This document shows, in pieces, positions 44,777 to 61,769 of a stretch of 64,000 nucleotides of DNA (its first letter is position 1; every line of letters begins with the position of its first letter). The stretch is from the human T2T-CHM13v2.0 reference genome, Homo sapiens, in the NCBI RefSeq assembly GCF_009914755.1, contig NC_060938.1; one strand, written 5' to 3'. The translations under genes and the position numbers were made by a program. The notes beneath the pieces are model-generated. The model had not been told where the DNA came from, did not search any database, and saw only the letters and a program-made list of their open reading frames with translations.

Positions 44777-45814
44777 GGCTGGGCGTGGTGGCTCACGCCT
44801 GTAATCCCAGCACTTTGGGAGGCTGAGGCGGGCAGATTACGAGGTCAGGAGATCGAGACCATCCTGGCTAACACAGTGAAACCCCGTCTTTACTAAAAAT
44901 ACAAAAAATTAGCTGGGCGTGGTGGTGGGCGCCTGGAGTCCTAGCTACTTGGGAGGCTGAGGCAGAAGAATGGCGTGAACCCGGGAGGTGGAGCTTGCAG
45001 TGAGCCGAGATTGCACCACTGCACTCCGGCCTGGGTGACAGAGTGAGATTCCGTCTCAGAAAAAAAAAAAAAAAAAAGGTTTGTATAAAATAAAGCTGTT
45101 TGAAACAGAAATTAAACAGCATGTAAAAGGAAAACATGAATCATGTACACTGTAGACTAACATAAATGCTATACATTTTATTTAGTTAAGAGTTTTCTGA
45201 TAACCAAAACAAAAATGATAAACTGGATGTGCAAATTTTTATTAGCTTATCAATTATTAAAGTATCTCTGGAAAACATAAATTCTTTATGAAGCTTTGTT
45301 GAAACTAATTTTTATGAAGTTCGTTGAAACTAGTAGTAAATTCAAGTTTAGGACAAAGTGTATGCCACCATCACAAAAAAAAATTAACATTCTGCTTTTG
45401 ATTAACACATACAATCAACAGTAATTCCATTCCACCAGTCTCAACCATACCTATACTTTCCTCCTTTTTTCTTATCCTATAAAATCACAATAACTAGGCT
45501 GGGCACGGTGGCTCACACTTGTAATCCCAGCACTTTGGGAGGCTGAGGCAGGTGGATCACCTGAGGTCAAGAGTTGGAGACAAGCCTGGACAGCATAGTG
45601 AAACCGCATCTCTACTGAAAATACAAAAATTAGCCGGGCATGGTGGCTTATGCCTGTAATCCCAGCTACTCAGGAGGCTGAGGCAGGAGAACTGCTTGAC
45701 CCCTTGGGCGGAGGTTGCAGTGAGCCGAGATTGCAGCACTGTACTCCAGCCTGCACCGCATAGTGAGACGCCATCTCAAAAAAAAAAAAAAAAAGAAAAA
45801 AAAGAAAGAAAGAA
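44777..45814 (+). mobile_element. AluY 44777-45078 and AluS 45497-45814
   Basis: Dimers with TSDs. Confidence 0.88.
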
Positions 45815-47962
45815 ATTCACAATAACTACTGACATTTAAAAAAATGTCATTTCCTTCGTATGCACAGAAAAGCCTCCCCACTCCCCAGCGAGTGTCAGTG
45901 GAAACCACACAGGGAGCCTGGCTTTCCACCCCAATTGGCAGTAATGAGGTACCCATCTCCATCTACTCTGGGGTGGTATCTAAGGAGGCCTACTTGACAT
46001 TCAGGACTTGCATTACTGTCTCATGACAATTAGGCCATGTACCCTGCTGTAATGTCAGTGGAGGCCACATGGGGAGAGTAACAAAGCACTGTAGTCCTTC
46101 CCAGCCAGGGAGTTATCAGTGGAAGCCTGGTGAGGAGCCAGAATGCCTACTCCACCTAGCAGTAACAAGAAACTCCCTGCCCCTCCCTTCAAGTGTCAGA
46201 GTGAGGAAGATGAATTTCTACTTCCACCTGGCAGTAATGAAGTGGTACCTCCCACCACTTCCCCTCATGGAGCATTGTCAAAAGGAGCCAGATAAAATGA
46301 TTAAATAACATCTAGAGCCTCATAACATGATATGCAAGATGTCCAGGCTACAATATATTAAAAAATCACTCATCACACCAAGAACTAGGAAGATCTCAAA
46401 CTGAATTAAAAAAAGACAACAGATGCTCAACATCGATTAATATGTGTTAGGATTATCTGACAAAGATTTTTAAATAGCACCTTGTAAATACTTCAGTGAG
46501 CAATTATGAACACACTTGAAACAAATGAAAAAACAGAAGGTCTCAGCAAAGAAATAGAAGATATCAAGACCCAAATGGAAAGTTTAAGAAGTGAAAAATA
46601 CAATAACCAAAATAAACTCAATGAATAAAATCAATAGGAGAATGGAGGGGACAGAGGAATCAGTGAATTGGAAGCCAGAAAATAGAATTCTTCAACCTGA
46701 ATTACAGAGAAAAACAGAATGAAAAACATTAACAGAGTACAAAGGACTTGTAGAAGTATAAAAAAGTGAATATTTTGTCTCATTAGAGTCCAAGAAGGAG
46801 AGGAAGAAAAGGGTAGGGTAGTAAAAGTAGTGGAAGAAATAATGGCTGAAAACTCCCCAAGTTTGGCAAAAGACATAAACCTACAGATTCAAAAAGCTGA
46901 ACAAACCCCAAACAGCATAAACCCGATGAAACCTACATCGACACATAATAGTCAAACATCTGAAAACTAAAGACAAGGCTGAGCGCAGTGCCTCACGTCT
47001 ATAATCCTAGCACTTTGGGAGGCCAAAGCGGGTGGGTCGATTGAGGTCAGGAGTTCATGACCAGCCTGGTCAACATGGTGAAACCCCGTCCCTACTGAAA
47101 AAAAAAAAAAAAATACAAAAAGCAGCTGGCCGTGGTGGCACACACCTGTAATCCCAGCTACTCAGGTGGCTGAGGCACGAGAATTGCTTGAACCCAGGAG
47201 GCAGAGGTTGCAGTGAGCCAAGATCATGTCAGTGCATTCCAGCCTGGGTGACAGAGTGAGACTCTGTAGCAAATAAATAAATAAATAACAATAAATAAAA
47301 TAAAAAATAAAGACAAAAAGCCATTGAAAGCAGCAAGTGAAAAACTATATCTTGCCTGTAGGGGTAAAACCATTAGGATGAAAGCAGATTTTTCTTTAGA
47401 AACTATGGAGGCCACAAGGAAGTGGCACAAAATGTTTCAAGTGCTAAAGGAAAACAACTGTCAATGCAGAAACCTGTATCTAGTGAAAACAACCTTGAGA
47501 AATAAAGGAGAAATCAAGACATTCTCAAATGTAGGAAAACTAAGAAAATGTGTTACCAGCATAGCTACCTAAAATAATCGCTCAAGTTTCTAAACGAAGA
47601 AAATGATAAAAGTAGTAGTCCTGGAACATCAAGGAGGAAAACACAGTAATAGGTACAATACACTTCTCTTGAGTTTCCTAAATTATGTTTGTCGGTTGAA
47701 GCAAAAATTATAAAACCATCTATTGTGGTTCTAAATGTATGTAGACAATTAAGGTTTCTATACTTCACTTGAACTGGTAATATGCTGACATCATTACATG
47801 GTGATAAACTAAATCAGTGCCATGAGAAAAAGTTTTAGTACTAAATGCATACATTAGAAAAGGAAAAAGGCCAGGTGTCGTGGCTCATGCCTGTAATCTC
47901 AGCACTTTGGGAGGCTGAGGTGGGAGAATTCCTTGGGCTCTGGAGTTCAAGACCAGCCTGGG

Positions 47963-48318
47963 TGATATGGTTTGGCTATGTCCCCACCCAAATCTCATCT
48001 TGAATTCCCAAGTGTTGTGGGAGGGACCTGGTGGGAGGTAATTGAATCATGGGGGCAAGTCTTTCCCATGCTGTTCTCATTATAGTGAATAAGTCTCCCA
48101 AGATCTGACGGTTTTATCAAGAGGAGATCCCCTACACAAGTTCTCTCTCTTTGCCTTCTGCCATCCATGTAAGATGTGACTTGCTCCTCCTTGCCTTCAG
48201 CCATGATTGTGAGGCCTCCCCAGCCATGTGGAACTGTAAGTCCATTAAACCTCTTTCTTTTGTAAATTGCCCAGTCTAGGGTATGTCTTTACCAGCAGTG
48301 TGAAAATGGACTAATACA
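47963..48318 (+). mobile_element. THE1 (THE1A/B-like) MaLR solo LTR
   Basis: TGATATGGTTTGG...GGACTAATACA termini; 5-bp TSD CTGGG; inserted within an AluJ. Confidence 0.92.
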
Positions 48319-48561
48319 CTGGGCAACATAGTGATACCTTCTCTCTCCAAAAAAAGAAAAGAAAGAGAGAAAAGAAAAGAAAAGAGAAAAGAAAGAAAAG
48401 TAGCTGGGCATGGTGGCATGTCCTATACCCCCAGCTACTTGGAGGTTGAGGCAGGATTGCCTGAGCCAAGGAGTTTAAGGCTGCAGTGAGCTATGATCAT
48501 GCCATTGCATTCCAGCTCAGATAAAACAGCAAGACCCTGTTAAAAAAAAAAAAAAAAAAAA

Positions 48562-48727
48562 AGGAAGTGGAGGTAAGGAAGGAAGAAAGGGGAGGGAGAG
48601 AGGGAAAGGAGCGTGGGAGGGAGGGAAAGGAGCGTGGGAGGGAGGGAGGGACTTAGGGAAGGAGGGAAGGGAGGGAGGGAGGGAGGGAGGAAGAAAGGAA
48701 GGAAGGAAGGTAGGAAGGAAGGAAGGT
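48562..48727. repeat. GA-rich polypurine tract
   Basis: (GGAA)n, (GGGA)n and repeated GGAGGGAAAGGAGCGTGGGA-type units. Confidence 0.9.
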
Positions 48728-50368
48728 CTTAAATCAGTAATCCAAGCTCCTCCTACCTCAAGCACCTAAAAAAGAAGAGCAAAATGAACCCAATGAAGGA
48801 AATAAAGAGCAGAAATCAATTTAAATGAAAAGAGAAAAAAGAAAGAGCTAGTTCTTTGAAAAGATTAATAAAACTGACAAACCTACTAGCAAGAGAGAAG
48901 ACACAAATTATACATCAGGAATGAAACAGGGTGTACATTAATACAGGTTTTGCAGACACCAAAAGGATACAGGAATATTACAAACAACTCTACATACATA
49001 AACCTGACAACTTCTTTATGAAGTTAGTATTATCCTGATATTAAAACCAGGCAAAGACAGTACAAAAAAGAAAACCATAAAAATATCCCTCATGAAAGAT
49101 ATAAAAAAGTCTATTACTATTAATATTAGCAAATATAATTCAGCAATATATAAAAAGAATTATACAACTTGACCAAGAAGGGTTTACTCCAGGGATGCAA
49201 GACTGGTTTAATATTTGAAAATTAATCCGTTTAAGTCCACATATTAATAGACTGAAGAAGAAAAACCAAATGATCATAAACATTGATGCAGAAAAAGTAT
49301 CTGAAAAAATGCAATACCCATTCATAGCAAAATATCTCAGAAAAAAAGGAAGATCAATTTGATAAACAGCATGTACAAAAAAACCTACAGCCTACACTAT
49401 ACTTAATGGCAAAAGATAATACTTTCCCATAAGATTGTGAGCAAGGACAGATGTCCACTCTCACCACTCTTATCTAACATACTGCTGAAAGTTCTACCCA
49501 GTGCAGTGAAGCAAGAAAAGGAAACAGACATAAAGATTGTAAAAGAAAAAACAAAACTGTTCCTGTTTGCATGTAATATAATTATGAACATGCAAAATCG
49601 AAAGAATCTACAAATAAACTCCTAGAATTAATTAAGTTCAGCAGTGTCCAGTATACACAATAAGCATATTTAAAAAATCAATTGTATTTCTATATACCAT
49701 CAATGAACACATGTATACTGAAAGTAAAAATACAATATCATTTACAATTACTCAAAGAAAAAAAAAGATTTAGGGGCAAATCTAACAAAACATGTACGGA
49801 CTTGTATGTGGAAAACTACCAAATGCTGACAAAAGAAGGCAAAGACCTAAACACACAGAGAGACATACTGTGTGTTCAGAGATCAGAAGACTCAATATAG
49901 TAAGAATGCCAATTTTCTTAAGGCTGATATACGGGCTTATTGCAATTTCTATCAAGGTCCTAACAAGATTTCTTATAAATATACACAAATTTATATGGAA
50001 ATTTATATAAAATTTATATAAAAAGCAAAGGGACCAGAATAGCTAAAACAAATTTGAAAAATGAAGAATAAAGTGAGAGGAATTGGTCTACCTGATTTCA
50101 AGACATAAAGAGCCTACAATAATCAATGCTGTGTGCCACTGGTGGAGGGACAGACAAATAGTCAGTGGAACATAACAAAGAATCTAATAACAGATTAACA
50201 CCAAAAAACCCAACTGGCCAGGTGAGGTGGCTCACACCTGTAATCCCAGCACTTTGGGAGGCCAAGAAGGGAGAATTGCTTGAGCCCAGGAGTTCAAGAA
50301 CAACCTGGGCAACACAGCGAGACCTTGTCTGTACAAATAATTAAGAAAATTAGCTGGGCATGGTGTCA

Positions 50369-50496
<128 letters not shown>

Positions 50497-50549
<53 letters not shown>

Positions 50550-50566
50550 TACACACACACACACAC
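50497..50566. repeat. (CA)n microsatellite in an Alu tail
   Basis: Direct reading. Confidence 0.95.
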
Positions 50567-51343
50567 AAAAATACACTCCTGCCCAACTGATTTTTGGGAA
50601 AAAAAGATGTGAGAACTAAGTTTCTCACCTAATACAAAAATTAACTCAAAATGGATTGGGGGGCCAGGCATGGTGGCTCATGCCTGGAATTCTAGCACTT
50701 TGGGAGGCCAAGGTTGGCAGATGGCTTGAGGCCAGGAATTTGAGACCAGCCTGGGTAACATGACAAACCCCGTCTTTACCAAAAATACACACACAAAAAA
50801 AATTTTAGCTGGGCATGGTGGCACATACCTGTAGTCCCAGCTACTCAAGAGGCTGAGGTAGGAAGGATGGATTGCGCCCAGGAGGCAGAGGCTGCAGTGA
50901 GCCAAGATTGTGCCACTGCACTCCAGCCTGGGTGACAGACCCTCTCTCTAAAAAAAGGATCAGGAATTTAATGTAAAATATAAAACTACTAAAACTTTTA
51001 TTTATTTTTAATAAACACAGGGTCTCACCATGTTGCCCAGGCTGTCTCAACTCCTGGACTTAAGCAGCCCTCCCATCTCCACCTCCCACAGGGCTGGGAT
51101 TACAGGCGTAAGCCACCATGATTGGCCAACTACTAAAACTTTTAGAAAAATATTAGAAAATCTGGCTTTAGGGCTAGGCAAAGAGTTCTTATATTTGACA
51201 TCAAAAACACTATAAGAGGAAAAATTAATAAATTAGACTTCATGAAAATTAAAAATGAAATTAAAAAATTAAAAACTTTTGCTTTATGAAAGAACATTGA
51301 GAGGATGAAAAGCTACAGACCAGGAGGAAATATTTGCAAACTA

Positions 51344-51854
<511 letters not shown>

Positions 51855-53096
51855 CTATATACCTATCAGAATGGCTAACATAAAAACAAAACAAAACAAA
51901 AAAACAAAAACAGTGGCAATACCAAATGCTAGTGAGGACATGGAAAAACTGAATCACTTACATATTCCTGTTGGGAATGTAAAGAGTTTGGCAGTTTCTA
52001 AAGAAGTTATACATTCATCTCCCATATAACCCTGCAATTGCATTCCTGGGCATCTGTCCTAGAGAAATGAAAATTTGTGTTCACAGGAAATCCTATATGT
52101 GAATGTTTGTAGAAACTCTATTCTTAATAATCAAAAACTGAAAACCCAAATGTTCTTCAGTGGGTGAATGGTTAAACAAATTGGTACATCTATACCTGTA
52201 ATACTATTCAGCAATAAAAAGGATGAGGTATTGATACTTGCAAAAGCCTGGAAAATTCTGCTGAGGAAAAAAGCCAATCCTAAAAAGTTAAATACTGTAT
52301 AATTCCACTTATACAACATTCTTGAAATAACAGAATTGCAGAAATGAAGAACATATGGTTGCCAAGGGTTAAGGAATGGATGAGGGAAGGAGTAGGAAGA
52401 AAGTAGGTGTTGCTATAAGAAGGCAACACAAGACCTTTGTAATAGAAATATTCTGTATCTTGATTGTATCAATATTAGTATCCTGGATGTGAGTGACATT
52501 GTACTCCAGTTTTGTAAGATGTTACCATTGTGGAAAACTGGGTAAAGGACACAGGGGACCTTTGTGTTAATTGTTGGAAGTGTATTTCAATCCACACTAA
52601 CCTCAAAATAAAAAGTTTAATAATAAAGAAAAAAAATGTTATTGTATAACTTTCTGGTACCTGCCAAAGAACAACATGCAGCGTGGTAGATACTGTTAGC
52701 AAGCATTCCAAGCTAGAGTTCTTCTGGATTCCCACTCAGAAAACAGTCTGAAAAGATCTAAGAACTGGTAAAACAACTTCTAAAGAAGTATTAAATGAAA
52801 TCACTGTTTTGTGAGAACTTGAAAAAAAATACAAGGGTAATAAAATATGCATTAAGGAACTTTGTTTACCAATAGGCTCCTAGCTGAAAGTTCAAAAGGT
52901 CATCTACTAGACCTGAGCCTTTTGAATTGTCGAATAAGGACAGTACACTCACTGCACCTCAGGAGGACACCCAGCAAACTGGACTTTCTACAGTTCACAT
53001 CAAAAAATAACACAGAGCTGATTTCCTTCTTATAATGCCAAAATCTGTTCTTTTTTTTTTTTTTTTTAATTCCATCCTTGTATTTCTTTGGGTTAA

Positions 53097-54638
<1,542 letters not shown>

Positions 54639-55043
54639 TCAATGATTTTCAGAGTTACTTGCTAATTTGAGGTCTTCTAAATTTTTCACTATTCACTTCG
54701 CAGTTATTTAATAGTAAGCTTAGACTAACAAATTCCACCAGCCACATAAACCACCTGATGGTGAGAACAGGTAGCAGTAATGTGGTTGTTCTTTTATTTG
54801 ATCCTAGTTTCCATATATTACAGCAAATTTATGTTACTGTGGCAAAGACCCATCAGGGGTTACCTTCTGATTATATCCCTGAAACCTGGAGAGGGAGAGA
54901 AGAAATAAGCAAATTCAAGAATCACTGGCTTAGATCTTGGGAATGATTACAATGATGCTGTTATTCTTGTGGCAAACAAAATATATCCTAGAACCAGGGA
55001 ACTTAAGAATAAAGGGAGATCTTATCAGTCATCAAGCTCTAAC

Positions 55044-55131
55044 CTTTTCTGATGCATGAGTTTCCTTTCTGTTCTGGAAAAGTAGTTGTCCAACCTTTGC
55101 TTGAATGTCTCCAATAAGGCCTGATTCTTAC
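55044..55131 (-). other. TIMM9: TIMM9 5'UTR exon (88 nt)
   Basis: Acceptor cctcatttttcag|GTAAGA, donor AAG|gttaga. Matches my recollection of the TIMM9 5'UTR. Confidence 0.75.
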
Positions 55132-55629
55132 CTGAAAAATGAGGTAATATGATTACTAAGTCCCCTTCAAGTTCTAATAGTCTTTTCAATGAAATGTAAA
55201 CTTCTATTGGCTAATCATTTATTTTTTTAAAGTTTCTTCCTTTTTAGTAAGTGAAATTAGTTTCCTCTATTCTGAGGTTACAATTCTTTGGCATATGTGT
55301 TACTATTAAAAAAAATACTTAATGTCATGCTATCCTTATTTATCCAGGTATAAGTATACATTACACTTCCCTTATGATTTTCCTACTAATTCTGGGAGGG
55401 ATGGTTCAGAAATCTTAAGAAACTTACATGAGGTCACTTATACAGATAGTAACTGGACAGCTGGAGCCTAACTAAGGTCTTTGGACTTCAAAATCCAGTA
55501 TTTTCCCCATTGCACCTATAAAATGACCTATTTAAGACCTATAAAATGTCTTATAAGCTATTATGACACATATCATCTATCTAAAAATATTTTCCAAATA
55601 GCCAAATATATGTTATAAGCTAAGTGACT

Positions 55630-57541
<1,912 letters not shown>

Positions 57542-58089
57542 TTAAAGTCCATTTTAAGTCTAGACTTCTATGAAGGTAGACTGCCGAGATGTAAAAGAAA
57601 TAAAATTAGTTATTTAGCTTTTAGATCGGATTACATTTTCTGCTTTGATTATTCTAAAGCCTCCAGTAAGGCGTAAAGGGAAAGCTCTAAGTAGCGCATC
57701 CTGGGAAATGAGCAGATCAGGGAAGGGGTGTTAGACCTGGTATTATGTCTAAAGACGATTTTCATTTAAAGGAGGATCTTCCCACGGGCAGCTCAAGGTC
57801 ACATCGTAAATACCTTATAGTCTAATTCAGTGTCCCAAAACAGGACCCTGACTCCCCAGATCCGGGTTGGGGGTGGCTCAGGGCCTAAAGTTCCTACCCT
57901 CGCCCAGGTGACACCATCTCCAGGAAGGTCTGCACCCGACCCGGCGAAGCGCTGTCCCGCTTCGCACCCCCCACTGCTCCAGGTACGTGCGGCGGCCTCC
58001 TCGGGAGACCCCGCCACTTTCCTGGAGCGTAGCCTGCCACCCCCCGTCCGGGAACCCCGGATTCTCACGGCAGAGAACAGACACCATAC

Positions 58090-58278
58090 TTAAGCACAGG
58101 CTCTCGCAGCCGACATCAGTACAAGGCTGGCGGTTGTTGGGGGACGGTTGAGCCTTGGGAGGGAGGGTCAGGGTCTGGACAGGAGCCGCGGCCGCCAGAT
58201 GGGAAAGAACACGTGGGAGCAGTAATGTCAAGTGACACTTAAACCCTTAGACGCCGATTCGTTATAACGCGAGGAAAT
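58090..58278 (-). other. TIMM9: TIMM9 5'UTR exon 2
   Basis: Acceptor ctgctttttcttctag|ATT, donor TAA|gtatgg; lies in the CpG island. Confidence 0.7.
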
Positions 58279-58427
58279 CTAGAAGAAAAAGCAGGTACCA
58301 TCAGCGAATTCTAAAATCTCCTAAGGATTAACTTCGGTTATTTTCTGCTTAGACAACGCTTTCTATTCCCGACTTCCTCTCCAATAATGACCCGAATCTG
58401 TCGAAACTTCTTGGAAGCCTAATTTAC

Positions 58428-58560
58428 CTAATCCCACGTCCCTAACGGTCTTCGGAAGCGAAGCAGTGTCAACAGTCCCTGGTAAACACAAGTAGTATTA
58501 CAAGTCGGGAGCTCTTCAAGTCTTGGATGAGACTGTAGAGCGGTCTTGTGCGGCAATGTG
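58428..58560 (-). other. TIMM9: TIMM9 first exon (5' end approximate)
   Basis: Donor TAG|gtaaat at 58428, giving a 149-nt intron to the 58278 acceptor. The TSS cannot be determined from sequence. Confidence 0.55.
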
Positions 58561-58664
58561 CTACCTTAAAATAAATAAATAAATAAACCCCTGTTATGTC
58601 CGGAGTTTGTTTCCACCCGGAGAGGAATGGAAGAGCACCAGAGAGCGCTTAGCTTTCTGGTTGG

Positions 58665-58673
58665 ATGTTTTGG
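58665..58673 (+). CDS. KIAA0586: KIAA0586 upstream micro coding segment (MFW) of the long isoform
   Basis: ATG TTT TGG|gtgagt joins in frame to 59274, giving [18 protein letters not shown]..., the recognised long-isoform N-terminus. Confidence 0.75.
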
Positions 58674-59243
58674 GTGAGTTTCTTGGCGCGCATGCGTGTT
58701 GTGTCTCAAGGGCGGGTTTGAAGGGAAGTGGGTGTTGACCTGCGGGCAACTGACGCTGTTGTCAGATTACACCCACGACGGTGCGGGTCTCGGGCGTTCT
58801 GGAGATACGTAGGGGTGAATTTATGTTTCCGACGATTGCATCTGGAGGGGTGTGTAAGACTCTGTGGCTGAAGAAAGCTATTACGCTTCTTATGCGGGTC
58901 ATTATTTTAAAAATAGCATTTCGCTTTTATTTGCTTGACTGCCTCTTCTCAACAAATTTTAAGCCCGCCACTACATGTGTTTGGTTTTGCCCTACCAGCT
59001 CTGGGGTTGGGGAGTGCACTGTTATGGTTATTGTTGCTCCTGTGGCCATTCTCTTGTCATCCCCACTTTCACATTTTGGCGTGGTGTATTAATAGACTGA
59101 GTGGGATTAATGGGTAAATATGACTTTATAGTCAGCTCTAATCCTGGATTCAATATCAGAATTTAGATTTTCAGCTTTGTGGATGTTCGACATTTTAAAA
59201 ACAGTTATTGCAAAGAGGTGAAAATTTTGTTCTGAAGTCTTAA

Positions 59244-59504
<261 letters not shown>

Positions 59505-60352
59505 TGATTCCATGTAGTTTTTCAACCAGTTTTAGTTTAGTAAATCTTTAGTCCTTATTTGTTTAAATTCCCAAACGTAAGATATAAGTCTAGTTTGTAC
59601 AGATGTTTGAAAACTGACCCTGTTTCCCGGGAAAATGGCCAGGAAGCCTATAAAATGTTTGAATAGATGGAATGAATGAAACTTTAACGTCCCCTGTTGT
59701 GCTTTTTTTTTTTTTTTTTGCATTGACTTTTGCATATTTTTTTTTTTATATTTATGGTGGATACACTTAACTTGTATAATGTGCTTTATTTTCCCCCACG
59801 TAGTGTTTTTTATAGTTTTCCCCCAAAGTAGTGCTTTTTACCTAATTCACTACTTTCTTTTCATAGTGGGAAAAGCAGGACTTCTGCCAATTGATGGCTT
59901 CTATATTCCAATTCACTTAATCTGTCTAGAGCTCAGTGAAAATAAGGATAACATATGCTTTACCCACTTCGCTGCTAATTGTGAGGATTAAATTAATGAA
60001 TATGTGAGCAAAAACAGCAAAACGCTTTTGTAATGCTGTTCTTTGGGGGATACAGCGGTGACACTCAAATAGTACTGCTGTTAAATTAGACCTTTACATC
60101 GTATACATATTTCTACCCATAGTTTGTCCACATCCAATAGTGTATGGTTATATTTTAAAATGTTTCGTGCTTAATCTCACTTTATTGTCAGTACCGAACC
60201 TTATTTTCCCAAATATCAACTGTAAAAACTTTCATTCAGATATGTTTAAATACATTTTCTTAACTTTTTTTGCATGCAAATTGTCTTTCCAACTTCTGCG
60301 TTATATGGAGTTTATAGATCTTGAATCATGCATATACAGTTTCTAAAGCTAA

Positions 60353-60523
<171 letters not shown>

Positions 60524-61683
60524 TAATGCATTCTTAAATTATGTTTGATTAGCAGCATGCCTTGTTTTTATTTAAATATCACTTACCAAAACAAATGTTT
60601 TATATACTACAATTGTGACTTTGAATGGTGTTTGAGACATTAAACAAAAGGCCTTCCCTAGAATCAAAAATACCTATTAGTAAGATAATGGCCGCTGAAA
60701 GAGATAGGATAACTGAAAAGAAACTCTCTTACTATTCAGGGAAAAGGTGTTCTTGCCCAGAGACTTAACATGTTCTTAGGTAAAAGAAAAGGAACAACTA
60801 ACAGTACAATTTTTCTTTAATGTGAGGTGTGCTTGCATGTCATTCTAACACTTGTGAGAATGGTTTTGGTTTTCTTAGAAGGGAGGTTCTTTAAGAATAA
60901 CATGAAATTATCATCTTAACTTTATAATGCCGAAAGTATTTGATAAATACAATGTTTTGGTTATGAGATCTAATCAGACTTTGACGGCTAATCATAGTGT
61001 TGACCTATGTATTGTCAGTTTAATAAGTCTGTATAATGAGAGTTTCACAATATGCTATTTTGAAAATTGAAGCTGGCAAACTAATAATTCAATTGAGACT
61101 ATATGACAATTTTGTCAAAAGCTCACAATAAAATGTATAATTATTTGCTGTACTTGATCCCTAAGTAAATGCCTAGACTTTGGAGTGTTTTTTTGTTGTT
61201 TTGTCTTTTTTTTTTTTAAGCAGGCCTTATTTAATGATATCTAAACTTCTCAAATGTATGGATACACTGTTATTGTATAATTGAGAATAAATGGGTGATC
61301 TTCGTGATGTTGTGCCATCCTTATCTACTCCATTTGACTCACAGTGAGTCAGATTTTCACATTTCACTGAAGCAACTGAGATGTTAAATGACTTGCTCTG
61401 CTACAAGTGGCAAACTGGTTTGAGTCTGAATCTCAGTGCTACATTTGCTTGCTGGTTCATTTACTCATTCATTCACTTGTCTGATAGTGTATTACTCACC
61501 CATTCAACAAATCTTTGAGTAGCTTTAAGGTACATCAGAATTGCATGATGATGGAAATGAAGAATATGAAATACACAGTCCTGCCCTCCCAGAACACAGT
61601 AGTCACATAGCTAGTAAACGGTTCTTGATAAATAATAAATCATGAAGTTTATTTAGCCTATTTCTTCCTTTCATATCCCAAAG

Positions 61684-61753
61684 GATTTTTCTAAAGACGT
61701 TGCAGTGCAAGTGTTGCCTTTGGATAAAATAGAAGAGAACAACAAGCAAAAAG
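61684..61753 (+). CDS. KIAA0586: KIAA0586 exon (70 nt)
   Basis: cccaaag|GAT; [23 protein letters not shown]; donor G|gtaaaa. Confidence 0.92.
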
Positions 61754-61769
61754 GTAAAAGAATAATATT

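Larger units (their letters stand above)
57790..58830. promoter_or_regulatory. CpG island / bidirectional TIMM9-KIAA0586 promoter
   Basis: CpG-rich and contains first exons of both genes on opposite strands. NRF1-type GCGCATGCG at 58688-58696; half-CRE TGACG at 58751. Confidence 0.85.
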
